Positions 34,768-47,508 of a DNA stretch of 64,000 nucleotides are shown here, one piece after another. A program made the position numbers and the translations under genes. Positions within the stretch are counted from its first letter, which is position 1; each line of letters starts with the position of its first letter. The stretch comes from Podarcis melisellensis. Lineage: Eukaryota. A model generated the notes under the pieces. The model ran no database searches. It worked only from the letters and a program-made list of their open reading frames with translations, and had not been told where the DNA came from. Location of the stretch: assembly GCA_964234715.1 (NCBI GenBank), contig OZ174281.1; one strand, written 5' to 3'.

Positions 34768-37270
34768 AAAATAAATTCACTAAGCTATCTTGAGAAATGC
34801 TGTGTTTATCACCTAAATTACTTTAAGAAGCAAGAACAATCTGATGCAGGGCAAGCACACAAAGACCTTCTCTCTGCAGCTGAACAATTTATTGTTCTTC
34901 TGTAGTGACTGTGGTTCCTACACCTTAATAACTCTTTTTATACTGTATTGCTATGTCCTTTTGTCAGTTGCCTTGAAAGCCTAGTGCAGAAGGACAAGGT
35001 ATAAACCTGATAAGAAACAAATAATACATTGACATAGTTGACTTAAAACAGGGTATCATAAGCTAATCAAGTCCTTCAAGGCCTGAGAGGCAGTTGTTTA
35101 TCATGGGCTGGCGTATCAACCGTGATTTTTAGGAACACCAGTCAATTCAGTTGCTGTTGCTACATCATCAGAATCCGGTGGCCCTGACACCCGCTGATTT
35201 CAGAACATTCTCTGCTAATGTTGAAATGACTTTAGAAAGAGACAGAAGCAAATGTAGCCATCCTGTCACATACACAACCTGAGTTCACTCCAACAACACA
35301 TCTGGCTGCATGGTCAAGTGTCGTCCAGGAACTCAAACCAATTGTATATTTAAGTGTGTGCGATAGGCCCGGTGTTCACACAAAGCCTTTTATTGAGAGC
35401 TATTAAAAACCAATACTGTACAGAACTATGCCCCCAGCAATATGACAGCTTGCATATTTTGGTTGATGAAGAAGAAGCGAGCAGAATAAACAAAGCCTAG
35501 CATACTGGTGTTTTAACCATCCTAAGGTTTAGCTGTAAAAGTTTTTCTTTGTAATAATAACATTATCAATAATAAGCATTCAAAGATGTGAGCATTCAAA
35601 GCACTTCATAAACTCTCAGTAAACTGTCCAACAGTCCTTAAAGTATTATCCACAGATTGCAGGCGAGGTTCAGAGTTATTGGCTTACTGAAGGATACTCA
35701 GGCCAGAGACAAGATTAAAACCTGGGAGTTCTTGGTTCACAGCTCATTTGCTTAGCAGATAGGCTGCAAACACGGTCTTAAATATATGCTAAGGTTTATT
35801 TCCCCCCGGGAAAAATTCTTAACAATTGCAACTTAATGATAAGTTGTTCCATGATTTGGTTCTCTCTAAAACCGGAGAAAACATTCAAAGCTAAGTATCT
35901 AAAACCAGTTTACTATGTCTACTCTGCAAGCTCTTCCTAGTGCATATAAGAAAGTTGTGGTGGTGAGACTCTTGAAGGCTGCATTCTCTCTCCAGCTCAA
36001 ACTGTTATGAAGAGTCTGACAAATACATTAAACAGAACACCGAGACAGTTCTGAGTACACGGATGTCTTACACCAATTAAGTATGGAACAAACGGCTCAG
36101 ACTTTAAGAAGCAGTTTGTACTGGGTAAGTCTGTTTTACAAGTACATACAATATATCTTTTGGTTTGTTCTAAACACACGGCGCTCCCCTGAAACTTCTC
36201 TAACTCCCTCAGACTGTCAAGCACAAGATTGTCATGCGCAAGGGTCCACAAATATCACGCTGGTGTTAACAGGCATTATTTGTGGGTGTTATTTACCCAG
36301 CGCCTTCAAGTTCTTTGCTGCATTCAAGGTGGGAGTATCTCTCTCACACTTTGTGCTGACCTCAGGAGAAAAGCAGTATAAATCTCTTTCACCACTCCTT
36401 TCTCCAAAGACCAGTGCGAACCTTGACCCCCTTGATCAGCTTCCAAAGTTTTCTCTGGGCAACGTGGATGTTGAGGAGTTGGAGCTGCGCTCTCTCGCTC
36501 CTGGCACACTGGCCTGGTTTTCACCAGGTGCAGTCAAACCTTGCCCCTTAGTGAGACTGCATGGGCTCCTGGAGAGGAACTCACAGCTGATTTTCTCCTT
36601 TCTGGTCCTTTTGGCTACTATGCCAAAGTCTGGATTAGCATGTCAACCAAATCAGGGCTTGTTACCCACCCTCGTCACTAGCCACAAGGTTTAACTAAAC
36701 CCAGATCTTGGTTATATAGCTCACGGCTAGCGAGGAGAGAGCTTTACCACCAGACTCAATTTGGATGACAGGCTATGCTAAACCTTGGCTTGGTTCAATA
36801 TGGCTTGGCTGCAAAAAGGAGAAGGGAGCTCACATACTCATGCAGTCTTGTTAAGCCAAGGTCTGGCCAGTGTGTTGTGCGAGCAAACCTGTGAATAGAC
36901 CCTTTCCCTTTCCTCCGCAATTCACAGGGGAGAACTGGGAGAGGGGATCTTAGCAGCTGTCGGAGGGTTCTCGGTTTGTAGATCCTAGTCATCTAGCTAT
37001 ATGGCAATACATGCTTTTACATTTGGGAGTTGTGTGGAACTATTGCAATTTTTTGAGAAGTCACGTGGTACGTCCCACAGTTCTTCAACCACTCCAATAG
37101 GGCTGTTCAACAAGCACAGCCAAATTACCACCCATATTTTATCTGTCACACCCATGGGGCTGTTGGAATACTCAGTGTGGACAACAATTATGTGAAGCTC
37201 CACTTTAAGGTCACAACCCAAAATCTACAAAACATGATGCACAGAGTCTCATCATACATGTGCAGGGCTG

Positions 37271-37515
37271 CACGTATGATCTTTTTCTTTTACTTCTTTA
37301 TTCTTTCTTTGTTCTTTTTTCTTATATCTTATCTTTCATTTCACTGCTTTATTGTTAATAGCATTTTATAGAGGTATAAATAACTGTAAATATGAAAAGA
37401 GACAAAATATTCTCTAATTTTTTCCCCTTGGTTAGATGTATTTTCTTTTGTTGTGAATATGTATGTTTTCTAATTTGTACTTAATAAAAATACTTAAAAA
37501 TAAAAATAATAATAA
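37271..37515 (+). mobile_element. 5'-truncated L1-like 3'UTR insertion
   Basis: AATAAA and A-rich tail; 17-bp TSD atacatgtgcagggctg at 37254-37270 and 37516-37532. Confidence 0.78.
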
Positions 37516-37671
37516 ATACATGTGCAGGGCTGAGGTGATGGTCATTTAACAGGCATGAACCCCTGTAACTCCTAAGCCGTGCACCAATTTCTAAAGACCC
37601 CCTCAGAGCACTGATAAACAAAACATGGAGAAATATAAGGGTAGATGACTTCCAAGTCCTCGTTCTCCTAC

Positions 37672-37915
37672 CTTTGTGGTTGAAGATGCCCTCCATCTCC
37701 ATGCTGCTTCGAGAGTGAGCAATGCAGAGAGACCCACAGGGTACAAGTCCTTCCGCAGCTGGGGAACGGTCGGTGGTTCGTACTAGGCACCAATCAGGCT
37801 TATCGTGTGGCCGCTCTAGAACCTCCACTGTCTGACCACGGCGGATTGTCAGCTCATTGCTGTTGCATGCCGTGAAATCGTGGATGACCACGGTCAACTC
37901 ACACCCACCAGAGAG
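37672..37915 (-). CDS. TRIO: TRIO coding exon (SH3-1 domain), 244 nt
   Basis: ttctgcag|CTC TCT GGT...AAA G|gtagga; LSGGCELTVVIHDFTACNSNELTIRRGQTVEVLERPHDKPDWCLVRTTDRSPAAEGLVPCGSLCIAHSRSSMEMEGIFNHK. Confidence 0.97.
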
Positions 37916-39699
37916 CTGCAGAAGAAGCCAACAAAACAGGGAAATTTTTAATACCGTAGGCTTACGAATTCTGGTGGGGCATGCCACCCACATCAATATA
38001 TTTTCAGTATTTCTTACAATGGTCATAAAACAAGCAGAGGCAAAAAAGCAATTCTCGGCCACGTTCTAACACATTGCAAGGAAAGTGATTTTACTGTGCC
38101 AATTTCGTTAAACCGGTTGCTGTCATTTCTGAACTCTGAAAGGCACAGGCGATTCTGTGAGGAAAATGTATTTGGTTATTAAGGACACTGATATGCCATG
38201 CTAAGGAAAAGTGTAAGAAGCTATCTGCTGCGGAGTCACTTTTTTTAAAAAAAAGTTGGGTCAATTCCTCCTTTCCTTTCCACACTCTGTGTGACACAAC
38301 TTTATTCAGGATGTCTGCAATTCTCTCAGAGCTTTCCCATGACCATTGCCTGCCAGTCTTGCTTCCTAAATCCTAGTTCTGGAAGAGGGAGAGGGGGAGA
38401 GGGGAGGTAAAGAGAAGCCTTATGTTTCTCATAATGAAGTAAAATAAATCAGCATGAACCCGTCAAGACACAGGCAGGAATTAATCATACTGCTCCTACT
38501 TAAGTCTCTCTGGACAGTCTCTACTCAAGTTATGAGGTGCACACTTTCAGAAACAAGCTGCCTTCTCGCTTGTTAAATGTGAGCTGGGGTGCCCTTTCCC
38601 ACCTCAAGCCTACTTCTCTTATATATTTGCTCTCAGTCCATTCAAAATTATGCCAAAGGGAGGCTGGGAGAGGGGCTGGAGGGGGGAGGCAAAGGAAAGC
38701 TCTCGAGTTTTTTTTTGGCACTGATTTATTTTTACGGCTCTCCCTAGATAGGAGTCAGGAACAATTGAAAACAGCTGTATGCCCGAAGGCTCTGAGAAAA
38801 GGGCCTTTTTGATTTAGAGTTTGACCACAAAACGTCAAAACGTAGGCCTCCCTCAAACGTACGCACACCGACAACTTTGCAAACAGAACATTCTGAAGAT
38901 CAGCCTGAATAACAGATCATTCAAAACTGGGCTCTACCAGCTTTGTCATGGAGGATCAAGGCTCAAATAACCTGCAAGTGTCTGGAACACATCTGTCTCC
39001 ACGTGGGAAGCTGGCGTTCCTGCAGGTTTGGGCGCTGGTGTATTAAACCAAACAAGCAGTGCAAACGAAAAACAAGGATGGAAGGGAGAGGGAGGACTTA
39101 GGGCAGATCCTTTGTATGTATAACTAGGGGGTGCACCCCTGTTTCCTCCACTCAACAATCACCCCTAAATTAACCCCCTAGAGCCTCCAACCCTATTCAA
39201 CTACTGCACTCACTTTCCCACTTCTTAACTCCATTTCTGAAGCCATATCTTGTATTCTGCAGCCCTGCTTTACACCCCTGTTGCACACAGACCACTCCCA
39301 TGGGAATCTCTTGCCTCTTCCTCCTCCTACTGCACACTGCAATGTCTAAGACCAGGGCTTCCGGTTCCTCCAGGCCTTACTGGAGGCAGCCCCCACGACA
39401 GCAGGAGATCGTTGACGAAGGAAAAACAAGAATGATTGAGGGTAAATCATCCTTGCAAATTCCGCCCTGGGGATGGGAGAAACACACTTCACTCGCAGTT
39501 TGTCTTGGTACCTGGCTCTCGCTCTGGCATGGGATGCGGGGGGCAGGGAGGCGCTGAGTGCAAAAGCACTTTTCCTGCCGAAAACCCTTCAATGCCGCCA
39601 TTAAGAAGCAGAGGTTCTCTTGTTAATTAGAGCTTAATTTGGACTAATGTACAGACACACATGCTAGAACAGATGAGATCACAAACTGCGGAACAAACC

Positions 39700-40742
39700 A
39701 ACTGCAAGGACTTTAAGGTTTGAATTTGAGATAAGACTTCATTCGGCGCAAAAGGTGGTGGTGGGGGGAGGGAAGTCTACGGTTACTTTATTTAAAGTTT
39801 TCTTCTCTACATTTATGATTCGGCAACCCTCCTATGAATGTTAGTTCAAATTATAATTGTACAAGCGAGGATGGAGGAAATTGGATTATAAATATGGAAT
39901 ATATCTTCAAATGGAACGGTGTGTGCAAAAACGGGGGGGGGGGAGAGGAAAAAGGGAGGGAAGCTCTATTTTGCAAAAGGTTTACGATGGAAACTTAGAA
40001 CTGACTCTTCCCCATCCTTTTGTATCTATGATGTGAACTGTATAATGCTAAGAGGATTTGGAATTTAATACAATTGGAAGGATAAATGGTCATATATCTT
40101 CAGCTGGAAGGAAGGATGAAAGGCATCTATGAGCTGCCAAGGAACTGATAAGGTTCTTTATTGAGTCATCTGCAGTTCCACAGACCACTCCTTGCTGAGA
40201 GGAAAAGTGGTGAAAACAGCTTATTTACTGGGACAGTTCTCGGTGCAAAACAATGAAGCACATGATGGAGTGATGGAGAACTTTCTGGAACAAAAATGGG
40301 AAATCAGCTCCACCCAAGGCATGATGGATTAACAGCAACAATCAGGGAAAACATGACATCTTACAAGGACAGGAAGAAACACCAAGGACAGAGTAATTGC
40401 CACACACAGAAAGAACAAGGATCTAGTTTGAGTTCCTCACTTGAAATTTTATAAATCATTTAATGTGTCAACACAAATAGAAATTATTAATACTACATTT
40501 GTTGTAGAAGGGATTATTATTATGACTGGAATGTAATTGAAACTAATAAGATTTTGGAACCCAGAAATAAAGAAAACCATCAATTCTTGCACACGGGGGG
40601 GGGCACTTTAACTAAATTATATAATTCGGTATTTGAATGATTGGTATTAATAATTGTATTATAAAGTGGTATTGTTATAATGAGGCTTTTATTGGACTGC
40701 AATTGAAAACTAATAAAAGATTATTATAAAAATTAAAAAAGC
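39700..40742 (+). mobile_element. Degraded L1-type LINE 3' region
   Basis: A-rich decayed ORF2-like sequence ending aataaaagattattataaaaattaaaaaa; boundaries approximate. Confidence 0.55.
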
Positions 40743-41899
40743 AACTACTAAGACCTTCTTTCAACTTCCACCCAGTTACAAGGCCACTGTCTCCTACTCT
40801 GCAGCCTCTCTTGCACTCGATTCCACCTTCACACCCAGTCCTTTGCTTCTTATTTGCTTTTCTGCAAGCCCCATTTTCACATTCAGCTCCCTTTTCCCTC
40901 CCTCAACTTTCCCTCAAACACAGACCCCTTCCAGAAATAAATGAATTGAGTAAAGTATTGTGCAATATTTGAGGGTTCTGCACCCACTGTCTCTCTCTCA
41001 CACAAGGCAGCTGAGCTGAAGCTTTGAGTACAACAACAAGGGAGGAATACTGAGAAGAAAATGGCAGTTTTAAGCAATGGCAGAGGTTTGAGTAGAGCAA
41101 GCGGAAGGGTATTTGCATGAGCAGTATCATTTTGCTTTGCTAAAGCCTTTTCAAATTTCTTTTTAAAAAAATCATAAGGACTGGAAGCTTGCTTTAAGAA
41201 GGAAATATATTTTCTGGATTCTGTGTGAGAGAATATATTCCAGATTATGGAACCTTACTGTGCTACTGGTATTCTTTGATAATTTAGCAGGAACTGGAGG
41301 GGGGGAACCTATGCTCTATAATTATCTAAGTGAAAGGCACACCTCAAAAATCGTGACAGAATTATTAACTTTATCCTATTTTCTTGACCGAAACATTTGC
41401 CTGTTTACAGCCTTCCCAAGGTAGTCAGTCAGCCAAGCTGGAATTTAAACACAGAAGGAAATTAAACACATACTTATGAAAGCCTTTTTACTGAAGAGCA
41501 TTTCAAAGTGTTTCTTGTTGCCTCAGAGATACCATGCTCATTCCTGAGGAAGCTGTATCAAAGTGGGAAACGCCATAAAGATAAAAGCTTGCTCTTCACA
41601 GTGCATTGCAAAGCACAATGACTTAGCTAAGAGGTATTTGGGAGGGCAGATGGAAGCCCAGCCTTGCTCACATCTTGGGGTTTGAGAAGGAAGGGTTCAA
41701 GACCGGAAATCTGCAATCCCAGTCATATTCACTGGGGAGTATGCCTCATGGAGCACAGCAGGACTGACTGACGAGTAAATTGCATAGAAGTGCATTGAAA
41801 ATGCACCAGGGCAGGGAATCCAGCTCAGGAAGTGCAATTTTAAGGTGCTTAACAGCTTCTGCGTCTCTCTCCACTATTAACCACTGAGGATTTAGCAAA

Positions 41900-42620
41900 A
41901 GAAGAAGAGTGCTACCGGATCAGCTCAAAGATCCACCTAGTTCCACGACCAGTGCTCAAAATAGACTATTAGAAGCCCGGCCATCCTGGCACCTGAGAAG
42001 AACCACAAAATGGCGCCCCTTCCACCAGGGAAGAAGGGATGAGTGAAGATCTACATCAGGAAAAAGAGGGGATCCATCTGACTTGATGAATCCAAAAGGC
42101 TGTCAAGGAGGAGGCAGATCTTGACTCCAAGGAACAGGCCACAGCCATTACTGATCCTGTGGCGGTGGCAGCAGTGGGCGACGCATTCCTTGGAGGCAAG
42201 ATCTGCTGCCCTTGTGGAACCTGCTAGCAAGTGGGGCGGCCCATTTCTGCTCCCCAACCATTGGTTTCCAGCAGCCTACTGCATCCAGCACGGGAGGCAG
42301 CATTCAGTCATCATGGCCATTAGCCACTGATAGGCTTATCTTCCCTAAATTTGTCCAACCCCAATAAAACTCTGGGCGGCTCCCAATCAAGTGTTAAAAA
42401 CAGTACAGCATTAAATATTAAAAACTTCCCCAAACAGGGCTGTTTTTAAAGTCCAACAGTGGCCATTACTACTTCCTGTGCTGGTAAATTCTGTATTTTA
42501 ACTAGGTGCCGTGTGAAGAAATGCCTCATTCTGTTTGTCTCGAGTCTTCGAACATTCAACTTCAATGGTTGGCCCAGAGTTCTAGCACTGTGAGAGAGGA
42601 TAAATCTTCCCTCTGTTCAC
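41900..42620 (-). mobile_element. Nested CR1-like/L2 fragments
   Basis: CR1-like 3' sequence interrupted by an L2 tail (actctgggcggctccca...aaacagggctg near 42370-42445). Confidence 0.5.
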
Positions 42621-42630
42621 TTCCTCCACA

Positions 42631-43006
42631 CCATACATGGATCTAATGCCGATGTTTCCTCCAGAAACCTACCAAGCTGTTCAGCAACCGCTCTCTCAAT
42701 TACCTTACCCAGGTATGGAAGATTTGAAACTGGGCGGTAATTGGATAGGTCTAAGGGATCTAATGAAGTTTTTTTTAAGAGTGGACACACCACTGCTTCC
42801 TTCAATTCCCCTGGGAATGTCCCCGTGTCAAGGGACAAATTGATAATTTCAACCAGGGGGGTCCGCACAACATCTGGACACTCCCTAATCAACCAAGACG
42901 GGCACGGATCAAGGAGGCAGGTGGTGGGCCTACCAACTTGGAGGAATCTATCTACATCAGTAGGGAGTATCCGATCGAAATGGTCCAACACTGGACCTGA
43001 AGTCAT
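42631..43006 (-). mobile_element. L2 LINE ORF2 (reverse transcriptase N-terminal) fragment
   Basis: TTCLLDPCPSWL...GTFPGELKEAVVCPLLKKTSLDPLDLSNYRPVSNLPYLGKVIERAV is a typical L2/CR1-group RT motif. Confidence 0.9.
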
Positions 43007-44159
43007 ATCTACATCATATCTACATCACAGAAAAGGTGGTCTTAAAACAGAAATTTGAATGTTGTTTTTCTCTTGTCTTTGTTTATCTCCTGTCTGGCAG
43101 GTTACTTGATTGGATTGCCTGGGTAGCCTGGCCAGTCCTTTGTAATGATAAATAAATAGTTCCTGGGCCACATTGCAGGCTCACACCCTATTCATATCTT
43201 AAATGTGCCCTTAAGACAGGATTAGTGAAGGAAAAGACAATGGGAGGTTTCCCACTTTGACCTTGCAGAGAAAACCTTTACTCAGTTTAAGAATCAAAAT
43301 GGTTCCAGTTCGGTCTTCCTGTGCTGATCTATGTATGTACTTGGTTGGTAACTTATGAACATTACCATATATCTAAGACCTCAAAATTCCTGTCTCACAG
43401 ATTACCCAAGGCATGCTGCTCAGGATTGTGTATGATTTACCAAACCGGGGGGGGGGGGGGGGGGGAAGAAGCAGCATAAGGCAACACTTCAGAGAAGTCC
43501 CAAAAACTATTACAAAAAAAGCAACAAATTGAGTTGCCAATTTACAAGGCAACAAGCGTCACCGCCCTTTGGAAGATGCTGACATTTTACTATTAGAGTC
43601 ATTCCTCAAATTAGCATGTGGCGAACAGTTTATTTTTTAACCGCCATTCGCAGGCCCATGCCTCATCCAGGCTCTCCCACCACTTGACTTAATCTACAAA
43701 GTGTGTGTGTGTGTTGCGTTTCTGCCACAGATGGCCTTCGAAGTTTCATAAAACATCAAAGCAGTCGCGATAAAGAAAGTGGAAAGGAGGAGGGAAGCAA
43801 AACTGAAGCACAGCGCTGCTGCGGAGCAAATAAAAATAGCAGTTTAAATGCATCTAGCCCCCATCAAAAGCGAAACTCATAAACCGAACCAATCTGGGTC
43901 TTAAAAGGAATTAACCACCTTCCTGAGGAAACTAGGTCTGTGCCATTAAGCATGATAAAAAGGCCTGAGTCGTCATCAGGGCAGCCCCATCTTAGTACTA
44001 TGGGCCTGAAAATAATTAGATACATTTCTAAGGGAGTTTTGGTATCTGTTAATAGATGTTAAGGAGATTATACTTATTGTAAGACTCTTGTTTTTATTCT
44101 TTATTGTATGATGCTTTGAACAATATTTCTTAACCGCAAGTTAGCAAGTATCTTATTTA

Positions 44160-44318
44160 TTCATCCGGAATCGGTTACTTCCGGATTTGCAGCTCGTGCA
44201 TGCGCAGAAGCGCAAACTGCTCCGAGCGCATGCGCAGAGTGGCGCTTTGTTGTACATCCTTTTCGTCTAGTGCCCGGGGCTCTGGAACAGATCCTGGTTG
44301 CAAAACAAGGTACGACTG
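44160..44318. mobile_element. Partial Tigger-like MITE
   Basis: ends aaggtacgactg-TA with an internal gcatgcgca palindrome like the 27545 copy. Confidence 0.6.
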
Positions 44319-44880
44319 TACTAGGCTAAGGCCCAAGCTGAACAAAAGGAAACCATGAACTAGAGAAACTTAGGAATTGATTTACTGGAGAATGTAAAAA
44401 TTTCCACTTATATTTTATATACAGCTGCACTGAAAGCATCCACGAGACCTATTAAAAGATGAGTAGCTAGAGTCCTTTTGCACAGATCATTATCTTGGCC
44501 CAGGGAATGGTGTGAAGACCATTGTATGGTTTTTGACTGTTGAAACTAAAGGGTTGGGGCCATGAGCAATGCCTGGACAGCACACCACCTGGGAACCATA
44601 TGTAAGCAGCTGTACATTACTTTGAGGAAGAACAGGATATAAAAGCAAGAAAAGCAAACATACAATTCCATTCTTAGGTAGATGAAGATCGGATTTCGAG
44701 CCTATGAATTCTGTGCGCCCATTCATGTGGAATTTTGACCCACTGTAGGAAAAAACCATGCATGATTCCCAAATATGAAGAGGTAATGTAAAACCAGTCA
44801 CAGCTATCACTTGCCAATGATTATAGAAAAAAAGGCATAAGCAAACTTTTACCAAAAACCTAATTATACTTTTGTCTTAC

Positions 44881-44980
44881 CTTATCGCTGTCTAGTGTAT
44901 TCTGGGAGGTTCGTGACGCAATTGAAATCGTATCTGGCTGACTGCTTCCATCTCCTTGACTATCCAAGTCTTCTCCATCT
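44881..44980 (-). CDS. TRIO: TRIO coding exon (PH1-SH3 linker), 100 nt
   Basis: tttttag|A GAT GGA...AAG|gtaaga; DGEDLDSQGDGSSQPDTISIASRTSQNTLDSDK. Confidence 0.96.
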
Positions 44981-45082
44981 CTAAAAACATAGGAAGTTAA
45001 AGAGTCATTAGCTGGAAAAACATTTTCTGTGTAGGGTAATGTTAATATTCATCTCCTTGTACAAAAGCAGACATTCAAATAG

Positions 45083-45431
45083 TAAAAGGTAAAGGGACCC
45101 CTGACCATTAGGTTCAGCCGTGACGGACTCTGGGGTTGCGGTGCTCATCTTGCTTTATTGGCCTAGGGAGCCAGCGTACAGCTTCTGGGTCATGTGGCCA
45201 GCATGACTAAGCCGCTTCTGCCGAACCAGAGCAGCGCACAGAAACGCCGTTTACCTTCCTGCCGGAGCGGTACCTATTTATCTACTTGCACTTTGACGTG
45301 CTTTCAAACTGCTAGGTTGGCAGGAGCAGGGACTGAGCAATGGGAGCTCACCCCGTCATGGGGATTCGAAACACCAACCTTTTGATTGGCAAGTCCTAGG
45401 CTTTGTGGTTTAACCCACAGTGCCACCCGTG
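45083..45431 (-). mobile_element. Sauria SINE, full length
   Basis: gtaaaaggtaaagggacccctg...aacccacagtgccacccg; flanking gacattcaaa duplication. Confidence 0.94.
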
Positions 45432-46273
45432 ACCAGTGACATTCAAACAGGAGGCCAATAATATGCTACACAAAACCCAAGAGAAGGAAATCAAACATGC
45501 CGTTGTACTTTTAGTTACATCACTTAGTTTTAAAATCGATTGTGGTTAATATATAATGTATGGATAATGCAAACTGGATAAAGAATGTACACAAACACTA
45601 TCAACTGCAAGTTCACATGAAGGTACAGAAAATCCATACAAATAGTGAGCCTAAGGGAGGAGGTGTTTTGTTTTTACAATGCTCACTGGAGAGTATACTG
45701 ATCTTGGCATGTATGAAATGAATAAATTCCTTTGTCCATCACTTTTAGCACAAACTGACTACTATATATCAGGAGATTATGAACTGGGAAATGCACAAAA
45801 TTCCCTGTTTAGTATGACAATTTATGCACATTCTTCAAGCCATACCCCACTCAAACCCCTCCCCAAATACTTTCCAAAATAAAGGGAGCTAATGTGTTAA
45901 ACCTATGCATTCTGAAATTACGGAGCCAGACATTTGGTGACTGCAATTTGCTATACAATACATTTCAGTACAGTGTCAGCAGCTTGCTTGCTTGTTTGTT
46001 TAGTACATCTGACATGTGTCAACTTCTTCAAAAGCCAAGCACAGCAACTTTTAAAATAAGGGTCTGAATAACATGCAACAAAATAATGCACGTGCTCAAG
46101 TTTCTGTGCTGTGTAATTATTTGAAGAACTTACAGTTCAGTACTGAGATCTAACTAGCAACATAAAAAAAAAAAACATGTTTCCCAAAGAGCTCAGCCTT
46201 ACATACATTTAAGACAAATATCATGAATGACTGGCTGGAAGTGTATACCTTGACATTCTCTGCAGTTACTAAC

Positions 46274-46416
46274 CTTCTTCCTTTCTGTTTTGTTGTTGGT
46301 GCAGTTTTGGGGATATGAATTGGCTCTTTTAAAGCTCCCTTGAGATGAATCGTTCTTTCCTGTATTACTTCTCTGATGTGCTTGATCCAGTCTTGCTTGT
46401 TTTCAATACTGGAGGC
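46274..46416 (-). CDS. TRIO: TRIO coding exon (end of PH1), 143 nt
   Basis: tcttaaag|GCC...AGA AG|gttagt; ASSIENKQDWIKHIREVIQERTIHLKGALKEPIHIPKTAPTTKQKGR(R). Confidence 0.96.
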
Positions 46417-47406
46417 CTTTAAGACAAAATAAGCAACTTGTTTTGGTATAGAAAAAAAGGGCAGATATTTAATTTTTTAAAAATGTTACCTTCACTAGTC
46501 GACTCCATGTATGAAGGAGGGATGAAGCAAACCTGGTTGTGCCATTTACAGTAGTATATTCATGGTTTAGATTTGCAAAATGGTATTTCTTAATCATATT
46601 ACAGTAGTTGTGAAAAGAGATGTTCATATTATACTTCATACGGTTGCCTGGTTTGCACACAGAGTTAATGTCAGTTTGCATTTCTTAGTGCAGAAAGTAT
46701 TGATCTGATGTGTAGAGACCTTTCTTATTCTACTTAATTCAAGAGTGTTCTGGAAGCTTCTCCGTGTGAAAGAAACAAGCAGAAGGTGCATGATGTTTGG
46801 GTTATTCCTTCAGAGAAGCAGAGTACAGCTGGCTTAAACTGGTTATCTTATCTCTTCTGTCAAGGTCATGCCGACTATAAAAGTAAGGCCAGAAGGAGCC
46901 TGGGTTTCACTTTCTCTTTCTACTTCTTTTCCTTCTGGTGTAGTGTCCTGTACATAGTATGAAGGTTTAGACTTATTGTAAGTTATTGTAAGCATAAGTT
47001 AAGTCTGCTGCAACTGGTTTTCTTATGGACAGTGCCAATCCTGAATGTAGTGGATTTGTGACCATTATGTTCATCTGCTTTTAGTAGCTGTAAAGCTCTG
47101 CTGGATGAAATATTAATTGCCTCTGGTCTATTTTTGGGGAATCCTGCAACGTGCTTAAGTTTTCACTCTGCTAACTATACACTGGAATCTGCTATGGATC
47201 AATATTGAGTAGAATTTCAATGACAGTTAAACCATAATTTCAACTGCTTGCTCTTTTCCTCTCGAAGCCATCTTTCTGAACCCCAGATTCATGTGTAAGG
47301 CTCAGAACTGTTGGTAATGTGCTCTACAGGCCGGATGAAGGGGGGGACAGTTATTCAAAAATGATTTCACACACACTTAAAGAGTATCTGCACACGCCCC
47401 AGTTAC

Positions 47407-47508
47407 CTTTAGTACAATTTTGTTGTCTGAAGTAGGAGTCCTACCAACCCAGAGTGCAAATTTGCAAGGGTCACCTTCCACGTGCTCTGTGACACCCAGC
47501 TCTGAGGT
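47407..47508 (-). CDS. TRIO: TRIO coding exon (PH1), 102 nt
   Basis: ttttcag|ACC...AAG|gtaact; TSELGVTEHVEGDPCKFALWVGRTPTSDNKIVLK. Confidence 0.97.

Noticed and set aside
36083-36694. 203-aa plus-strand ORF
   Set aside because: No recognisable domain or splice context; antisense within an intron
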